A stretch of 64,000 nt of DNA. Origin: Botryllus schlosseri. Taxonomy: Eukaryota. Of this stretch, positions 12,401 to 27,400 are shown piece after piece (within the stretch, counting starts at the first letter, position 1; every line of letters begins with the position of its first letter). The position numbers were made by a program, and so were the translations under genes. The DNA lies in the NCBI GenBank assembly GCA_051294905.1, contig CM119381.1, positions 21,700,001-21,764,000 of the forward strand, written 5' to 3'. A model generated the notes under the pieces. It saw nothing but the letters and a program-made list of their open reading frames with translations. It was not told the origin of the DNA and ran no database searches.

Positions 12401-15400
12401 GTCGAAGCCCCAAAAGTCGAGTCACTAGATTATTTATTGACCACATGCACCCGTACGCCCTACCTTGAACTCGTAGCTTTCCTCGATCACGATCGTCAAC
12501 TTGTTAATTTCTCCCAATCGCGGTTTGCCCAATTCGGCGATCCTTTTCGCCTCCTCGCGCTGTTCCAAAGTCAGCGTACTTTCCTCGTCCTCGTTGCCAA
12601 CCACCTCGGAATCGCTGCCAGTGTCGGTACCTGAACGACGCACATCGCCAGATGTCACCACAGAGTACAAATGATTAAGCTCGCAGTTCAGAAACGCGAG
12701 GAGTTGCTATGTTGTGGTACCGGTCAAGATTTGGCTGCGTGACTTCTTTACAAAAAAGGCAGCGAATTTGGAAGGGCATCACGCTATCACGTGGAGAGCG
12801 GCATATATTACTAAAAACATCTGTAATTGCCTACTATAAAATCAGTGATCAGATGGCGGAAAGAAATTCAGACTACGGCCACGCCCCTATTTTAAAACTG
12901 GCATGAGCACTGAGCAGTGCTATCCCTTTTGTAACATTTGCAGACGGTGCCGGTATACTTCACTTAAATCGAATTGTACAATAGTTGCTCTACTCAATAT
13001 ATACCGGACTATACACGTGGGATACCGAGTGGTTGTTACTCAAAGCCCTCGCAGTGTTAGTCCCATTATATAATGCAGCGGGGGTCGTTTGCCATGTTTT
13101 GCAGGTCGCCGAAGTTGTGACTATTTTATTAATAATCAGCTTCCCAAATAGCACCTAACCTTTTTTTAATGAGTAATCAACTTACCAAATTTGGCGGTAG
13201 GCTGTGGAACATTTTCAAATCGGAAATTGGGTCGAGACCGTGATAACGTTGACAACCACTGATCTAGTGGTTATCGTGTCATAACCGCTCAGTTTAGCTT
13301 CTACTCAAAATCATGCGATTCCAACGTGCCGTGGGTGACGGATAAAGTCATTAATAATGATTTAATCTCTCTACTTGACAAACAGCATCGCAGCCTTATG
13401 TGGTTATGGCTGTGCATGTACAAAGGTAACCAGGATATTCACGCCTTGGGCTAGGATACAAGACTAAGTCATGAACAGAAACAAATTACGGCCTCTCGCG
13501 ACAACTGTACAGTACACTAGATAGGGTGTGACATGGGCTGGTATTTTATACAGTAAAAATGAGGGCGAGACACACGGTTCCACGGTCTATATATCGAACA
13601 AGTACCAACAATACCACATGCAGCATGCACTTCTACCGGCACTACGCCACAAATCGATAAATTCGTACGATTCGCGGCTAAAGATTAGGTCTACGACCAA
13701 TGCCAAATCACGACGCATTCTGCATAAAAAAGCACGCGTGATCAGAACACGTGATATCAGGAATGTGCGTAAGGTACGCAAGGACACGGCCGTTTTCTGC
13801 CACACGTCGGTGGCGCGGCGTTCCGTTGTCCCTAACCCGTAGGTCGTAGACACCCCTCTATACGGCACGAAAGGGAACCTCCCGACACAAATTTATTGTC
13901 CATGGGATGTGAAGCGAAACAGAGACACACGCCGGAAATTGCGATCCAATAAATGCACAATCAAATATGTTCATGACGCAATACTAATTAGTCTGTCGAA
14001 GAGGATTTCGACTGCACGAAACCTTTTCGGCTATACAGTCAACATCATCCGTCTGAATCACTCCGTTTCGTGGTGTATTACGTAGGAATATCTACACGTG
14101 CCGGTGCTATATAAATGTGTTGAATGGAATGAGTGTGGGTGGTGCAGATAAGGGGGAAACGTGGGTGGTCTTGGTTATAAGCACTGGTACGGCTTCAGGT
14201 GCGGAAATGGTTGTGTGAAAGTTCGGTTAGCCACGTGAAGAAAATGTTCACGATATACGCTAGTTTAAATGGCGGAAAACAAATGGATTGAAGAGCCTAC
14301 ACTACACCGTTTCTCAGGCGATTTGAGTATAAAGTAGAAGGCTGCTGGTGCTGGTACACACGACAGGTAGTGCGAACAAGGCCACTCAAGTTATGCAAGT
14401 AGAGTAAAGCTAGACAGTCAAAGTACTGCAATGCTTCCTTATATTGACCACCGCGGGGATCTAATTCAAGAGATCGTGGTCACGTCACTTAACGCACACA
14501 GCGCGAGCCACGTAGGTGGATGTATACCTTAATTTACCACCTGAATGAGGGTATCTCCTCGGCGACACTTCGTGCGGTTCCATGAGGTGTAACGACAGAT
14601 TCCGGCGTTTGTAATACTTCATCGTATCACACACGGATATTTGGATTTGCTTCCTGATGATCACGCCACGAACAACATGCAAGCACCACACCAAAATCCA
14701 CATGAAAAACAGAACACGGCAACGCGTTTAGTGAGCTACGGTTGCATGCCGGCCGGTTCCTTTGCCAATGTGTTCGGTGTGCGTTGATAAAGGTACGCAA
14801 CAGCTGAAATGGATGTACGGGCGATTGATGTGGGCGGAAAGGGAGAATAATATATTGAGGACACGATATACCGTGTTGTTTTTAGGTTAAGCCTAGGCTT
14901 GCGTTCTGCCGTCGTCTTTCGAGCCGTTTTGCTAGCTTAACGCCATTCACCTCAACGTTACAGAGTTTGGCCGATGGAACTATCTAACATTCAGATTCCG
15001 AATTCAAAGCCACGTGAAAGAACAGACGATGATCAATTTGCGAGTTCTCAGCAGTATTTTCAACGCAACACTTGATAACCCATATTGCACCGCAAATCCT
15101 TATCATAGAAATTCAAAACGAATAGATTAGTGTTGCCGTCAACATTATCTTCAGCAGCACCATACATATTTAGTTAATGATGTCAACCCCTACCGATGTA
15201 TCGCATAGCAGACTTCAAGCCCCGTGATGTCACGCGTATTCTGCAGATTCTAATTTTAAGCCGGCGGTGATGCGCAAGAATCTTAATCCTAGTGTTGACA
15301 AATTGAAATGCCCGAATAATAAATAGCAGCGACCACAGGGGCGTGGTTACGAAACCGGAACCGCATCGTGTATAATCGATTGTTTGTCCAGATTTCCCGA

Positions 15401-18400
15401 CGAGCTGTAAACATTGTAATGGTGATGTTGTACGTAGGGCAGAATACGACGAGCGGTATCGCAGACAGCAATCACACACAACCCGATATCGATTTTCCGT
15501 GGGTGTATTTGTGACTTGCAGCGAATCGTTCGTCCCGAAGACACCATGCATAAACGTTGTTTACCGCGATCGATTTGGTCCGATTTTCAGCCCGAAAACT
15601 ATACAGTATCAACGGAATTACCGGATTTCCGCTGTAAATTATACAATATATCCCCGTATGATTGTGGGGGAGATCAGCAAAATCAGCCTGTAAGAAATTA
15701 ATGATTACGAATCTATTTTTGTAGTGGCGGCATCTCCGTACCCAATCACGAGGTTAACACTACGCTATAATTCACGCTACAGCAATCCAAGCCGGCACAT
15801 ATAATCCCGCACGGCAATCATGTTACGAATACGATCCGTTCTTGGACACGTCATTCCGCGACACAACAATCGATGGTGTACATGCTCCACAATGCAAAAC
15901 ATATCTACAGGGAAAACCCAGGCACGCATTCCAAACTGAACCTGAATCGGTGGCGGGCGACTTCATAAACTTAGGCGGGCCGAGTTCTAAAAAGAAGCTC
16001 TTGTTTTTCTCGTACTCTTCGTCGTCCATAATTTCGATTCGAATTTCCTTCCTGAATTCGGACAGTAACGAAAAGGGTGAGGCAACCGATCACAACCCGA
16101 AGGCGAGTGAATGCCAAACTTCTGAAATCATTCTGCAGTCGCTACAGATCCCCGCCATACCGGGGTGCAACCCGCAGGCCTCCCATCGATGGAAATCATT
16201 ATAATGTTAAATCAAATCTCAACCACCAGTTAGTGATACATTCACGCTGATGTAAATATTGCTGAGGATAATTTTAAGTACATTGTACAGTAGGGCTGTT
16301 CAAAAATAACGCTTTTTCCCGGATTCCTGCCATTCACTGATTAAATTGTCAGGTTACCCTAAAAAACGCTGCACACCAAATTTGGTTCAATTATAACAAG
16401 TATAGGACTCCGCAGACCCAATTAAAAATTTTAATTTATTACAGAAAATTTGAAAAAAAAAATCAACTTTTTCTGCCAACCCCATGAAATTGTAGAGCTG
16501 TCTTCAAAGACGATGCAAAACAAATTTGACTCAATTCCAACCAGTAGAAGTTATTTCAGTTTTTCGTTGATAATCCTCGGATTATCCTTGATTTAATTTT
16601 CTGTAATAAATTAAAATTTTTAATTGGATCTGCGGAGTCCTATACTTGTTAGAATTGAACCAAATTTGGTGTGCAGCGTTTTTTTAGGGTAACCTGACAA
16701 TTCAGTCAGTGAATGGCTGGAATCCGGGAAAAAAAGTTATTTTTGAACAGCCCTATTGTACAGTGGCGACTAGCCGGCTCCACCAAGTCTACTAAAGTGG
16801 TTGATAATTATACTCATGAAGTAAATAGATGTCATGAATTGAAATGTTTTCCATCAAACTCAAAAGCCGAGTCACTAAACTGGCGGACCGGATTCCGAAT
16901 GAGGACCTTACCTCTGTCAGTATTTACTTAGTTTCTGAACAAAACTAAATCCATTATTGTCGATTTGCAAAAACATACTGCCAAAAATGCCAATTTCCTC
17001 CACGACCTGCGACTTACAGAACTGTAAATGCATTTCGCTTATTGCTTTTGCTAATGTCGTTTTACGCGGATTTATTTCATACAGTTATACCCTATTAAAT
17101 TTGTATGACTGTAAATTATTTTATGTGAGTTATAACCTACTTGAGCAAATTTTAAACTTTTGTAACTGGACCTTTGCTCAGAATACTTCGGTAGGTCTGC
17201 GTTAAAGGGAGCAAAATACTAATACTAATGCTAATACTAATACTAATACTCTACTAATACGTGCAAAATCCTGTCTGTGATTAGCCGATTCCATGGAGCT
17301 TTAGGAAAGACATATTAGGGTGTGAACGCAATTGCACATACAAATATTTACACATTGTAAACGCGCCGTTCATCGATAGTAGCGTATTAGGACCAGTGTA
17401 TTGTTAACGAAAAATAGACGACGCCAAAACATCGCCTTAGCGAGACCAACATCAAAGCGAAGGCTGGCCTTGCAGCGAACCATGTTTGAAGCGCCGCGCG
17501 GGTCGATAGTAATGGAATGACGGTACGGATCGATACAAACAAAGCGTAGTAGCCACTGTCACAAAGCACGGGGCTAAGGAATTTGATGAAACCAAATAAA
17601 GGACAAGAATTTTGTTATTCCAAAACGCCAGGAGATCAGACGAAACTACCAGGCCAGTCGTGTCCTGCTATAGATAGTGTATCATTACCGACAACGCGGG
17701 CTACGTTCTTTTATCTACAGTGAATAATGAATATCCATCCAGATGTTGTGGGCTTCCTACAGCGTCCCAGAAACACATAGCTTTAGCGTAAAGTGCTCAA
17801 GTTCGTCAATTAGCCATGCCTCTGGCTGAATATTTGTCAGAATCAAACGCGTCACAAACACTTCGAAAAACACTGCGCAAATGAACCCAGGCCGGGCCCA
17901 GGTCAATTCGATTAATCTTGCTACAACGCAGCGCACGATTAACCGAACTTACATGTCGCGTACAACGTCATGTCTAATATCCAAACGATCTGTATACGTC
18001 GCGGCGCTACGCGTGTACGTGTTGACGGCTAATTTACATTTCATTATCGACGCAGACGGTTACGGTTAGCGTTGCGGGTTATCCCGTCGGATCAATTAAT
18101 CGTCGATGGAATTCATCTGATCAATTATTACCTGCACGCCTTGGCCTTTAGGGACAAACAGAAATCACAGATTCACGGATAATTATATAACTGAAGGCCT
18201 GCCGTTGAACTACGCGAGGAAGATTGGGTGTATTCGTATTTCAAAGGGAAATCGGAAGTCTGACTTCGCACCGGCATCATATTCAACTTTAACCCCAGCG
18301 AGAACAATGAAAGTTCTTCGAAACGCACCACGGGAAGTCGATATATGTGGAAATTTATACCCGCTCTTACGAAATCTCTAATCCAAAATTGGAGTGCAGT

Positions 18401-21400
18401 GATCGCCTTCGCATTTGCTGAATTCAAGCCGAGACACGAAGTTGCGATCCGCACTGCCCAAAAGTCTCCGAAATCCATCCCGTTGTGAGCGGCGAAATAT
18501 ATACGGCATACGCGCTATTGCGTGTGATTGTCGCCGACGGTGCATTTACGAACTTATTTACGCGGCGGGCGGGGATAATTCACGCATAAGGTCAAAATCA
18601 GCTCAGCTGCGGTGAGGTGTCGCGTCGCATTCCAGCCTACTAGCAAATAAAACGGAGCGTATATTTACGTTATGCGCTGTCACATCGGATATCTCCGATT
18701 GGTTGACGCTAGCACACCGTGCCTGGTTGCCTTCACGTCGACGACAATGGAGATTAACCTCTGCACTTTGTAGACGATATCGGATTATCGCTACCCGGAA
18801 TAGCGTAACTTGAAGATACGAAGCGATTTCATAAACTAACAATAGGATATCACCGTCGCGCTGAAGTATTGTGTCCGCGACACGCATGCGCGACTGGGCC
18901 TTGAACCAGGACGCCGTTAAATGCCCTGAACTTGAAGGTAGTAAATATAGACGCGCAGAATATGTAAGCTTGGCAAGTGGCGCATCAACAAGCTGTTGCA
19001 ATGCGGTGAATAATAGACAACCGGTGCCTACGATAACTTATTAGTAGGGCGAATATTTTTGTCAAAAAACGGCAGGGTTAGGTCAAAAATATCGTCAAAA
19101 TTGCTTACAAAGTCATATTTTTTGTCGGTGCATTCGCCATTTTACATTTACACGTTCTAGTCTACTTTATATGGCTACTGTTGCAGATGGCCCATTGACT
19201 ACTCAATACTCATTGTGAATCATAAACCATCATACGTTGACATGTCGTGACGATCAGCACACCTAAAACGAGTGAAATTTTAGTTGGTCCAAAGTTTTTA
19301 CAAGCTAACGCCGATATCTTAAATCTGAATCTTAAACTTGACTGTGGTGGACATTGGTTCTGATACCACAGTGGTGCTCAACTTGTGGGTGGATCGTGAG
19401 ATGTTAACAAAACTCAGGTTTGGGCTGCGGTCAGAAAAGTGCTAGGTCAACAATTCCACATTATGTGCAACAATGCCTAATTTAGATACTTCAGACGAAA
19501 ATAATGTCAAAATTAAGATTATAGATGTCCAAATTTTCATTTTTATTGCAGAATTTTCCGTGTTTAGGTCAAAAAATAATCGCCCTGCTTATCATTAATC
19601 ATAGCTAGTTATCGTAGGCCCCGATACACCTAAAACCATGCACGTGTCGTACTTTGTTGCCGCAGAAAGATCATCCGGTCAGTTTCTGATTAAATCAAAT
19701 CCGTGCAATCTTGGTAACGTTCATGGAGATATTTTTATCGCAACAAAAACACCTTGACTAACGCACGCCGGTGCCGCAAAGCGAAACCAGCTCGTATAAT
19801 GCAACCGCACGCACTATATTCGCGAGTGAAATTACACTATACATCGCACGGTTTGAATGATGGCTTAGTGTCTGCTCAAAATACTTTATCTCGCCGTAAG
19901 CGCATTCTTCTTTACCAATCAAAGAAATCCACAACTCTTTCAAAGCTACGGTGTTTCTTCCATGGAGATCATGCCCATCGGCTATGCACCAAACGTATTT
20001 CGAAGATACATTGGAGACGTTCTACCGTGACATGTTGAAACAACATTGTGAATTTCGCCATTATGCACCGCCAAGGACGCTGGGGACGCATCGGCTGGTT
20101 ATATCTACATCGTCACAGTACGCCCCATCCCCAGTAAAACGTAACCACATGTCGCAATGGTAGCGCGATTGTACAAACGCAAGCGTCGGTAATACCCTAA
20201 TTACATTACACGCCACAGAAGTGGTTACCATATCCGCGGAGCTTGTACGCGACCTTGAGTTGCTAATGTTATCTTAAAATAAACTCAGCGGATAAGTCTC
20301 TGCGGAGTTCCGTGACCAGGCGGCCTCGTGTCAACGGACGACGTGGACTAATACTAGTCAGATATTATATCAGTGTCATTACGGTACTTAATACCTCGAA
20401 TTAGAGTATATTACCCGACAGCTGGACTATAAAAAACCACGCAGCAACGTAGCCTATAAAAAGCGTTCGGCGAAAGCAATGACGCCAGACTAAAATAACG
20501 AAGTTCAAAGGTTAGATCATCAGTCGTCTTCCCGGTATTCCCGTAGATTAAGGGTTAAACTATGACCAAATCAGATGCAGATAAGGCCTCTGATTAGAGA
20601 ACGAATTGCTCCGAGATGAGAATGATATTCCCTAGTATATGTGATCCCGCGTGACGTGAACGCGTTAATATTCATGTCCAAACCACTGCAAATGATAAGC
20701 ATCACATAGGGCCGAGGATTTAAGTCCTCACTGTGAACTGTTTTGACCCATTCAAGGTAGTTTCAGTTAAGCCCGTCACGTAGGTTACAATTTTACAGCC
20801 GGTTTATGTTGATAAAAAGAAAAACAGGCCTTTCAGTAGCTCGACATCACCGTAAACTTCGAGACGATAACAAGATAAGAGCGGCAAAAGGGCATGGCGG
20901 CATTCCAGCGCAAACTGACGCACACTGTCGTAAGCGAGGCATCATTGCCAGTTCCGGATCATTTAATTACATGGATGTAATCCTCGAACCATCATACAAC
21001 GCTTCGTCTATCTGGATTTGCTGCGTGTGACAGTTTTGGTACAGCTCAAAAGCCGGTTTAATATGGTGACGCATGCTGGCTTGGCATTCTCTGATTATTG
21101 CGGCGAGATTTCGAACAAGTTATCAATCTTTATACTAGAGTCCGACCGATTATCGGTTCGCCGATAATATCGAGTCGATATCACACTCTGAAAGAATTAT
21201 CGGTATCGGCCATCGGAGGTGAAAAATATCGACAATTTTCGTGACGTCACAACATGTTGGTAGGAATTCAGAAAACTCTAATCCTTGACCGCCAGACAGA
21301 GAATATTGCTGCATTTTACTTTCAAGGTGTCCATATGCAGTATTTCTAATTTATTTCATGTTCGAGTATGACAATGGCTGTAAAGCTGTTGAAATAAATG

Positions 21401-24400
21401 CTGTGCAGTTTTGAAAATGTGCCCACCGGTGTTATCGGTGAAGGTGTTAGGCATCGGTTTTATCGGTATCGACTCCAAAATCCAATATCGGCCGGGCCCT
21501 AACTAGTAACTGGCAGATTTTGCATGAGTATATGCGAATGGAGTGGTTCGACTGTGACGTCGCGACGATTATGCGGCTAATTTGTAATCATGGGAGATAG
21601 CTCCATCATATGCTCGATGCTGTGTAGACTAGCAAAATCATACACTTGTACGTCGTAGCCATAAGGCAAAATCGTAATTTAGCGCACTAAATCCATAACA
21701 AGTGCTAGTGCATATTATTAAGCGCAACCGTCAACAGTGTATAGTTGAAATGACTTGAGGAATTGATACTCCGTACCAATTGGGTCAATAGTAACGCATC
21801 AAGCGTAGCACGACAAGCACCTGTCCAAATTAATGCGCCGTAACATACGGTACGCCTACTTCAGAATGCTACTTCACCTCAAATTGTTTAGGTGCGTGAT
21901 TTTGATGTCAATATGCTGAATTTAATTAATCCCCTTCGCTTCGCGATGACATGTAGATATATGATAAAAGAAGCGTAATTGAACTAGAATAAATTGATGA
22001 GGGCACAGACTACTACTACACGGGCAAGCGCCAAATTAACAGCATTTGATCAGGCTCGCAATTTTGATATTATTTCCGTTTATGATTTTGACAGTTTTTC
22101 CGCGTATACGTTTGTGAATTTCTCCGTTCGTAATTTAGATATGTGTACTTATACATCAAACTCCAAGATCCCATGCAATGAGCACCGCGCGAGATGCACG
22201 ATTACAGCAGCAACGAACCGCCGCAGACGCAAACGTATTCTTTATAATGACGACGCAAATATTCCTGTGCAACCGCAGTGACAAGGCCCGCCAGAGGCAC
22301 ATCTGTCCTCTCGAAAAAGGCATACTGCACAAACGGATCAATTCTTCGCGGCAGCGCGCGTGAAGGCGGCTGACAACGGCGCAGGGAGCGACCGCTGTCT
22401 CCAGGGACGGCGATGGAATCCGAATTCGTAAAACGAAATTTCACGGCGCGTGTCGCCGGCGGCCGGTCCAGCCATTGACAGCAAGTCGATTGCTGCGATA
22501 TTATCGGGTTCGAAAAACGGCAACTGGGGATTATTTGCGTGTCAGTTCGTGAAGGTAATCGGACAGTTAGACGTAAGCGGTGCATCAATAGGGTGGAGTG
22601 AAAAATGAAAATTTTTGAATTTCAGAAAAGGGTCTTGATATGTGGTGCCAAATAGTAAACAAATAAATTCTATCATAATTTTGGGTTTGTACACCCTCTA
22701 GTGGTCGTGCAATTTCACCGAACGAGCCAAAAACAGCTAATTTTGCCATATCTTGATCATCACTTACACTAGAAAGTCAGTTTTGGGCTTAAAAGATGCA
22801 GAAGCAACATGTTTCTATCTCACTTCCATAGAACTTACTCTTAAAAATGAACAGAAAAAAAGTTATAGGCAAATTTCTGATTTTATAGGTAAAATTAAGC
22901 ACAGAAGCAGTGGGTAGGATGTCAAAAGAGTGTAGTGATTGATCTTATGACTGAGCAACATACCCTATCAATTAGAACCACTTTTCAAAACTTTCTCAAA
23001 CAAATGAAACCCCCTACAAGCATAAATAGGGCTTGGGCATTGAATAGAGACTGCTAAAACTGTATTTAAAACATCGTCTATTGGTAGTGCGGCATCACAA
23101 TATCGGTAAGTTTGTAACAACGGCCCTCATGAGATTTCTTACCAAAATGCTGTCATAGGGTTTGTATCATATTTGTCACAAAGCTCCTGAATGAAAGCGC
23201 AAGAATTGAAAATACACATTCAAAACACAAACATCAATTCTATACTGGAAACAGAAAATTTTTGTTGCAGTATCACATGAGTATCAGTGTGCACAAACAA
23301 TAAAGTCATGTTTAGTATTGAATGATTTCATCTGCTTTCAAGACTTCAGTTTTGGATTAAACACCTCGTGACGCTGTTGCAATTACGCCGCAATATTACG
23401 AGACGCCAGTCGGTCGTTGCCGACAATTTGTGGTTCCTCAATTGAAATTCGCCGAACTACCCTTCCTTACACCAAGTATTCTGGTAAATAATCACTGAGT
23501 TTAATCGCAGTTATAGGCTCATATTGTCAACTCGCCACTCCCTTTTTATATTTATGTACCCAGTCCCCAAGGTAATACAAAGTTGGGGCACCATGTAGAT
23601 TAGGTGATTATAACCAGCGCGCAATATAAAAGTAAAAAGGTAATTCATAAACACCACTAGCAGTCATGGCGATTACTTTTCAAGACATACGACAAGTATA
23701 GCCAATCATCTTTGGTCCAGTATCTGCAAATCATTTGTTCACGACGGTGAACTGGTAAAGGATGTTATGAACTGAGCAGGCTGTTACTTGGAAAGTCCCA
23801 AGAAAGCTTGATTTAGATGTGTTGTTGCTGTTGTACAAGGTCGTAACCACGAGTCGTAGAAAATAAAGTGAGACTTTTGACGACTAATTTGGAGATCTGT
23901 CAAGCGTATTCTATATCAAATCGTTGCCATAAAAGACCCATAATATGCTTTATTGAACAACATTGCCATCGATTGGCTGGGTTTGGGTACTTAGAACACA
24001 TTTAATACATATACCAAGATAAGATAGTCCATTATGTGGTTTTTATACATACATGCGTCATATGAGATCAATCACGTATTCACTGTACCGACTTACATTG
24101 TTTCATCATTTCCGAATTCTAGTTCTCCGAAGGCATCGACGTAGTCCTCTCCACCGCCGTTGGCAGTGTTCGCGACGGTTTTGTAGGGAACGACCACGCA
24201 ACCTCTCGCGCCTGAGTCGCGTTTCACCGGTACTGAAAGTACCCCTATGCTTTCGCTGACCTGTTGAAATAATAACAAAATGACTCCGCAATCTCCGAGG
24301 ACCGAGTTCGCCGTCAAGCCCCTAAAACCTGTAAAGGGTGGATTTGAAGATCTTTGTCGGATTCCAACATGTAATTCGGAACGAGAACGAATGCTAATGC

Positions 24401-27400
24401 GACTTTTGAACAAATTCCAGTCGCTGTTATGAACTAGCATTTTTCTGCGATAGTAATCAATAGTTTGACCTGCTGATAACGATTCCGTGTCTCACTGACA
24501 CACTGACAAGACGTAACATCTGACGGTAACTCACAATGTGTGTAGGCTGTAAGTAGGTGTTGTGCATGACGTTGAAACTTTAATTATACTTTACTGGACG
24601 CATAGTCCATTAGTTTCATGACTGTACGGCTGGCTTGAAGCGTGGCTTACGAGATGAACAGCCCCACCATATCATGCGTGATATTCCTTATGAGTGATCC
24701 AACATCGCGATGGTAAAATCGTGCGATTACCGTATGCGTTCGTTTTTCGAAATTTTGCATGCATCCATTTATGACAATCGACACTTACAGAACTATGAAA
24801 GTGACAGTAAAGCAAAGGTATCGATCAGAGTTTACGAACCCAAACTTTCTACTCGAACGCGCAGTATACTTTCATGCCAAGATGCGTCATCGGATCAACG
24901 CCGAAACTATTTTGGAGGGTTTAGTTTCAAAATATGTGAGAAATGAAATTGTACTAGCATACTATGTCGGGCTAAGTGAAATCAAATACGCTGCTCATGG
25001 TTACTACGGAAATCTGAAACTACAACTGTCCAAGCACCATATTATTTTACGTCCCATGCTGCGACAAGGTAATAATCATGAGTTCTTTCCAATAAGGATA
25101 ATGCACTCTGGGCAAAATAAATTTTCAGCTTACGCCATCGAGTATAGTTGCCTGCCTGTATGCAAATCGGCATAAAATGAAATATTTACTAGTGATCGGC
25201 GAACGACATACAATTATATGATGTTTACTGTTTTCAGCCGGTTTATCGACAGTTTTTAAATTTATTTAGAGCATTCACTGATGCATGCACCAGGCGTCGC
25301 AGATGAGGATTGCATACAAGGATTGCATTGAATGCCGAATCGCTATGCTATATGCAGTAAGTTATGCACGGTGATTTAGACTGAGCAATGACCATGCTAG
25401 TGAGACCGCATGGTGCTGCAAAGAATGTGAACGTAAAATTGATTGACCGTGGACAAAATACATCCCAGATAGCCAGTTGGTCTTTAGTTGGCTGTCTTGT
25501 TTACGTATTATGGACGCAATCACTGGTGTAGCCACAGCGCGAGCAAAAATCCCTCACCGCCCCAAATAATATATTTCGGACATGAGAGGGTCATGTTCGG
25601 CTGTTGCATAACGGTGTATCCGTGATGTGATTGAATTGCTACAGAATTATTTCTGCTGGCCGCACCCTTCGACACAATATGTCCAGTCCACAAGCACACA
25701 TACACACACCGTGCACGCAATCTAAATTGGGAGTCGGTTGGATGCAATCGGTACCATGTCATCCAACGCCGCAAAATATACCATGCATTATATACCATGT
25801 GCCAAATCTATACCTGGAGTGTGTTCAGTGTGTACAGACACACAATAATAAAAATTCCGACACGTGTGGAGAGGCCGTTTACGAAACAACGCATACATGC
25901 CACTTTACCAACCAAATAACGCACGGATGTAGTATGCTACGAACCAACATCATTGATGAGGAGAGGCGAAATGGTCGTAAAATTAGTGGAGCACTTCAGC
26001 GTGTTTGTTCTACGTTGGGCGTACGTGAGAGTTCGGAATAGATTTTAGTGTGTTCAGATCCCGTCTCTATCGCTTCCAGTATATAGCTATAGCTAGGCTA
26101 CTTCGAAAGAAATCATATTTGGTGAGCGAGCTGTTCCAAGTATTTCCAGGTTACTCGAAACCATTATTATTCAAGTGTACGAAAAACCGCATTTGGAGTG
26201 ATGCGTGCCTGCCCGCTCTGAAATAAACGTTATATGTAGTCAACACCATGACAGATTGCATCTCCGCAAGTTCTTCCATACGAAAACCGGCACGACGGCG
26301 TTGGGTTTGGGCAGAAAGATACTTTTATCAATATACATTTCACCTTCGTTATGTGAAACGTGCCTCAATCGTTTGGCATTCTTTTCACTGCCTATAAATA
26401 CGCAAATCTTGACTCTATTAACGATAATGCGCGGTTGATACGGAACACGGAACATAACATTACACAAGTATATCTGTGACATTCAACGAAAAAAAAATTA
26501 GGCAAATAACATCTGATATGGTCTTTTATCATTTCCCTTAAACTTATTTGTGTTCAAAAGATGAATGTGCAGACTGCTGATTATTTAGTTTCGCATTGCA
26601 CAATCATAGAGCTGTATATAGTTTATTAAACGTTTAGTACCAACGACTGGGCCCGAATTTTGTAAGAGTTGTAATTGAACGCGGGCCAATATTTTCACAA
26701 TGATGAAGTGACGCACGGCATCGAACGGCATAAAACGTTCCAGAAATTGTTCACAACGAAGCGATCAAACAATGTTTACAACGCATAACAGTCACACGAG
26801 CTATTATACGGAGCAGCGCACACATCCACAATAGCACGTACAATAAGATATCAATCTCTTTTGTATTGTCAGGATAAGGTAAGGTATATTCCTTGTATAA
26901 ACACAGATAAATTGCGTGCCTACTATTTTCGTCCGCTTGGAACCTGATGCAGAGACACAATGGAATGCCGACGCATTGCGTCGGCTACGGTGTCGGCGGC
27001 GCGGCCTACAGTAGCAGAGTGATTCTCATCTCGACTAATTGGATCACAGACTGCTGATGAATGTAGTTCGTATGTTGCTCGCGGTTTACCGAGATTGAGA
27101 TAAAACCGGCGACGCAAATGTGGCATTTGTGTGCTGTACAACGCAGCGTGATTTTCCACTGAAAGTCTTCGGGCTTGACGCAAGGCACTGCGACCAATCA
27201 ATAACCGTGACGCTCAATTGCGCGTGCATCGGCGTTGTGCGATTGATTGAAAATACTGATTTACTGCTGCCGTGGTGCCTTTGGCACGGACGTGCAATTG
27301 AACGATTATCTGCCGATATGGAGTATCCCATGCGGGTCACATTGAATCGTACTGCGGCCAGATGGTGCGGGGAATGGTTTGCATTGAACGGGTAGAATCG

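Noticed and set aside
13587-13868. Minus ORF containing RESYEF, resembling EESYEFK of NCX
   Set aside because: No other similarity and no donor after the motif; treated as chance.
14093-14113. Possible 9-nt microexon (atatag|CACCGGCAC|gtgtag) where vertebrate cassette exons C-F lie
   Set aside because: Weak donor and no homology support; cannot be called without RNA-seq.
15347-15547. Minus ORF with RKIDI...IAVCDT, similar to the B-like exon
   Set aside because: No AG acceptor at the required position and the register does not match.
18173-18478. Minus ORF with FEELSLFSLGL, faintly like vertebrate exon B
   Set aside because: Poor splice sites and too few aligned residues for a third alternative exon.
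24759-25175. 138-aa plus-strand ORF in an NCX intron
   Set aside because: No recognisable motif or splice context.
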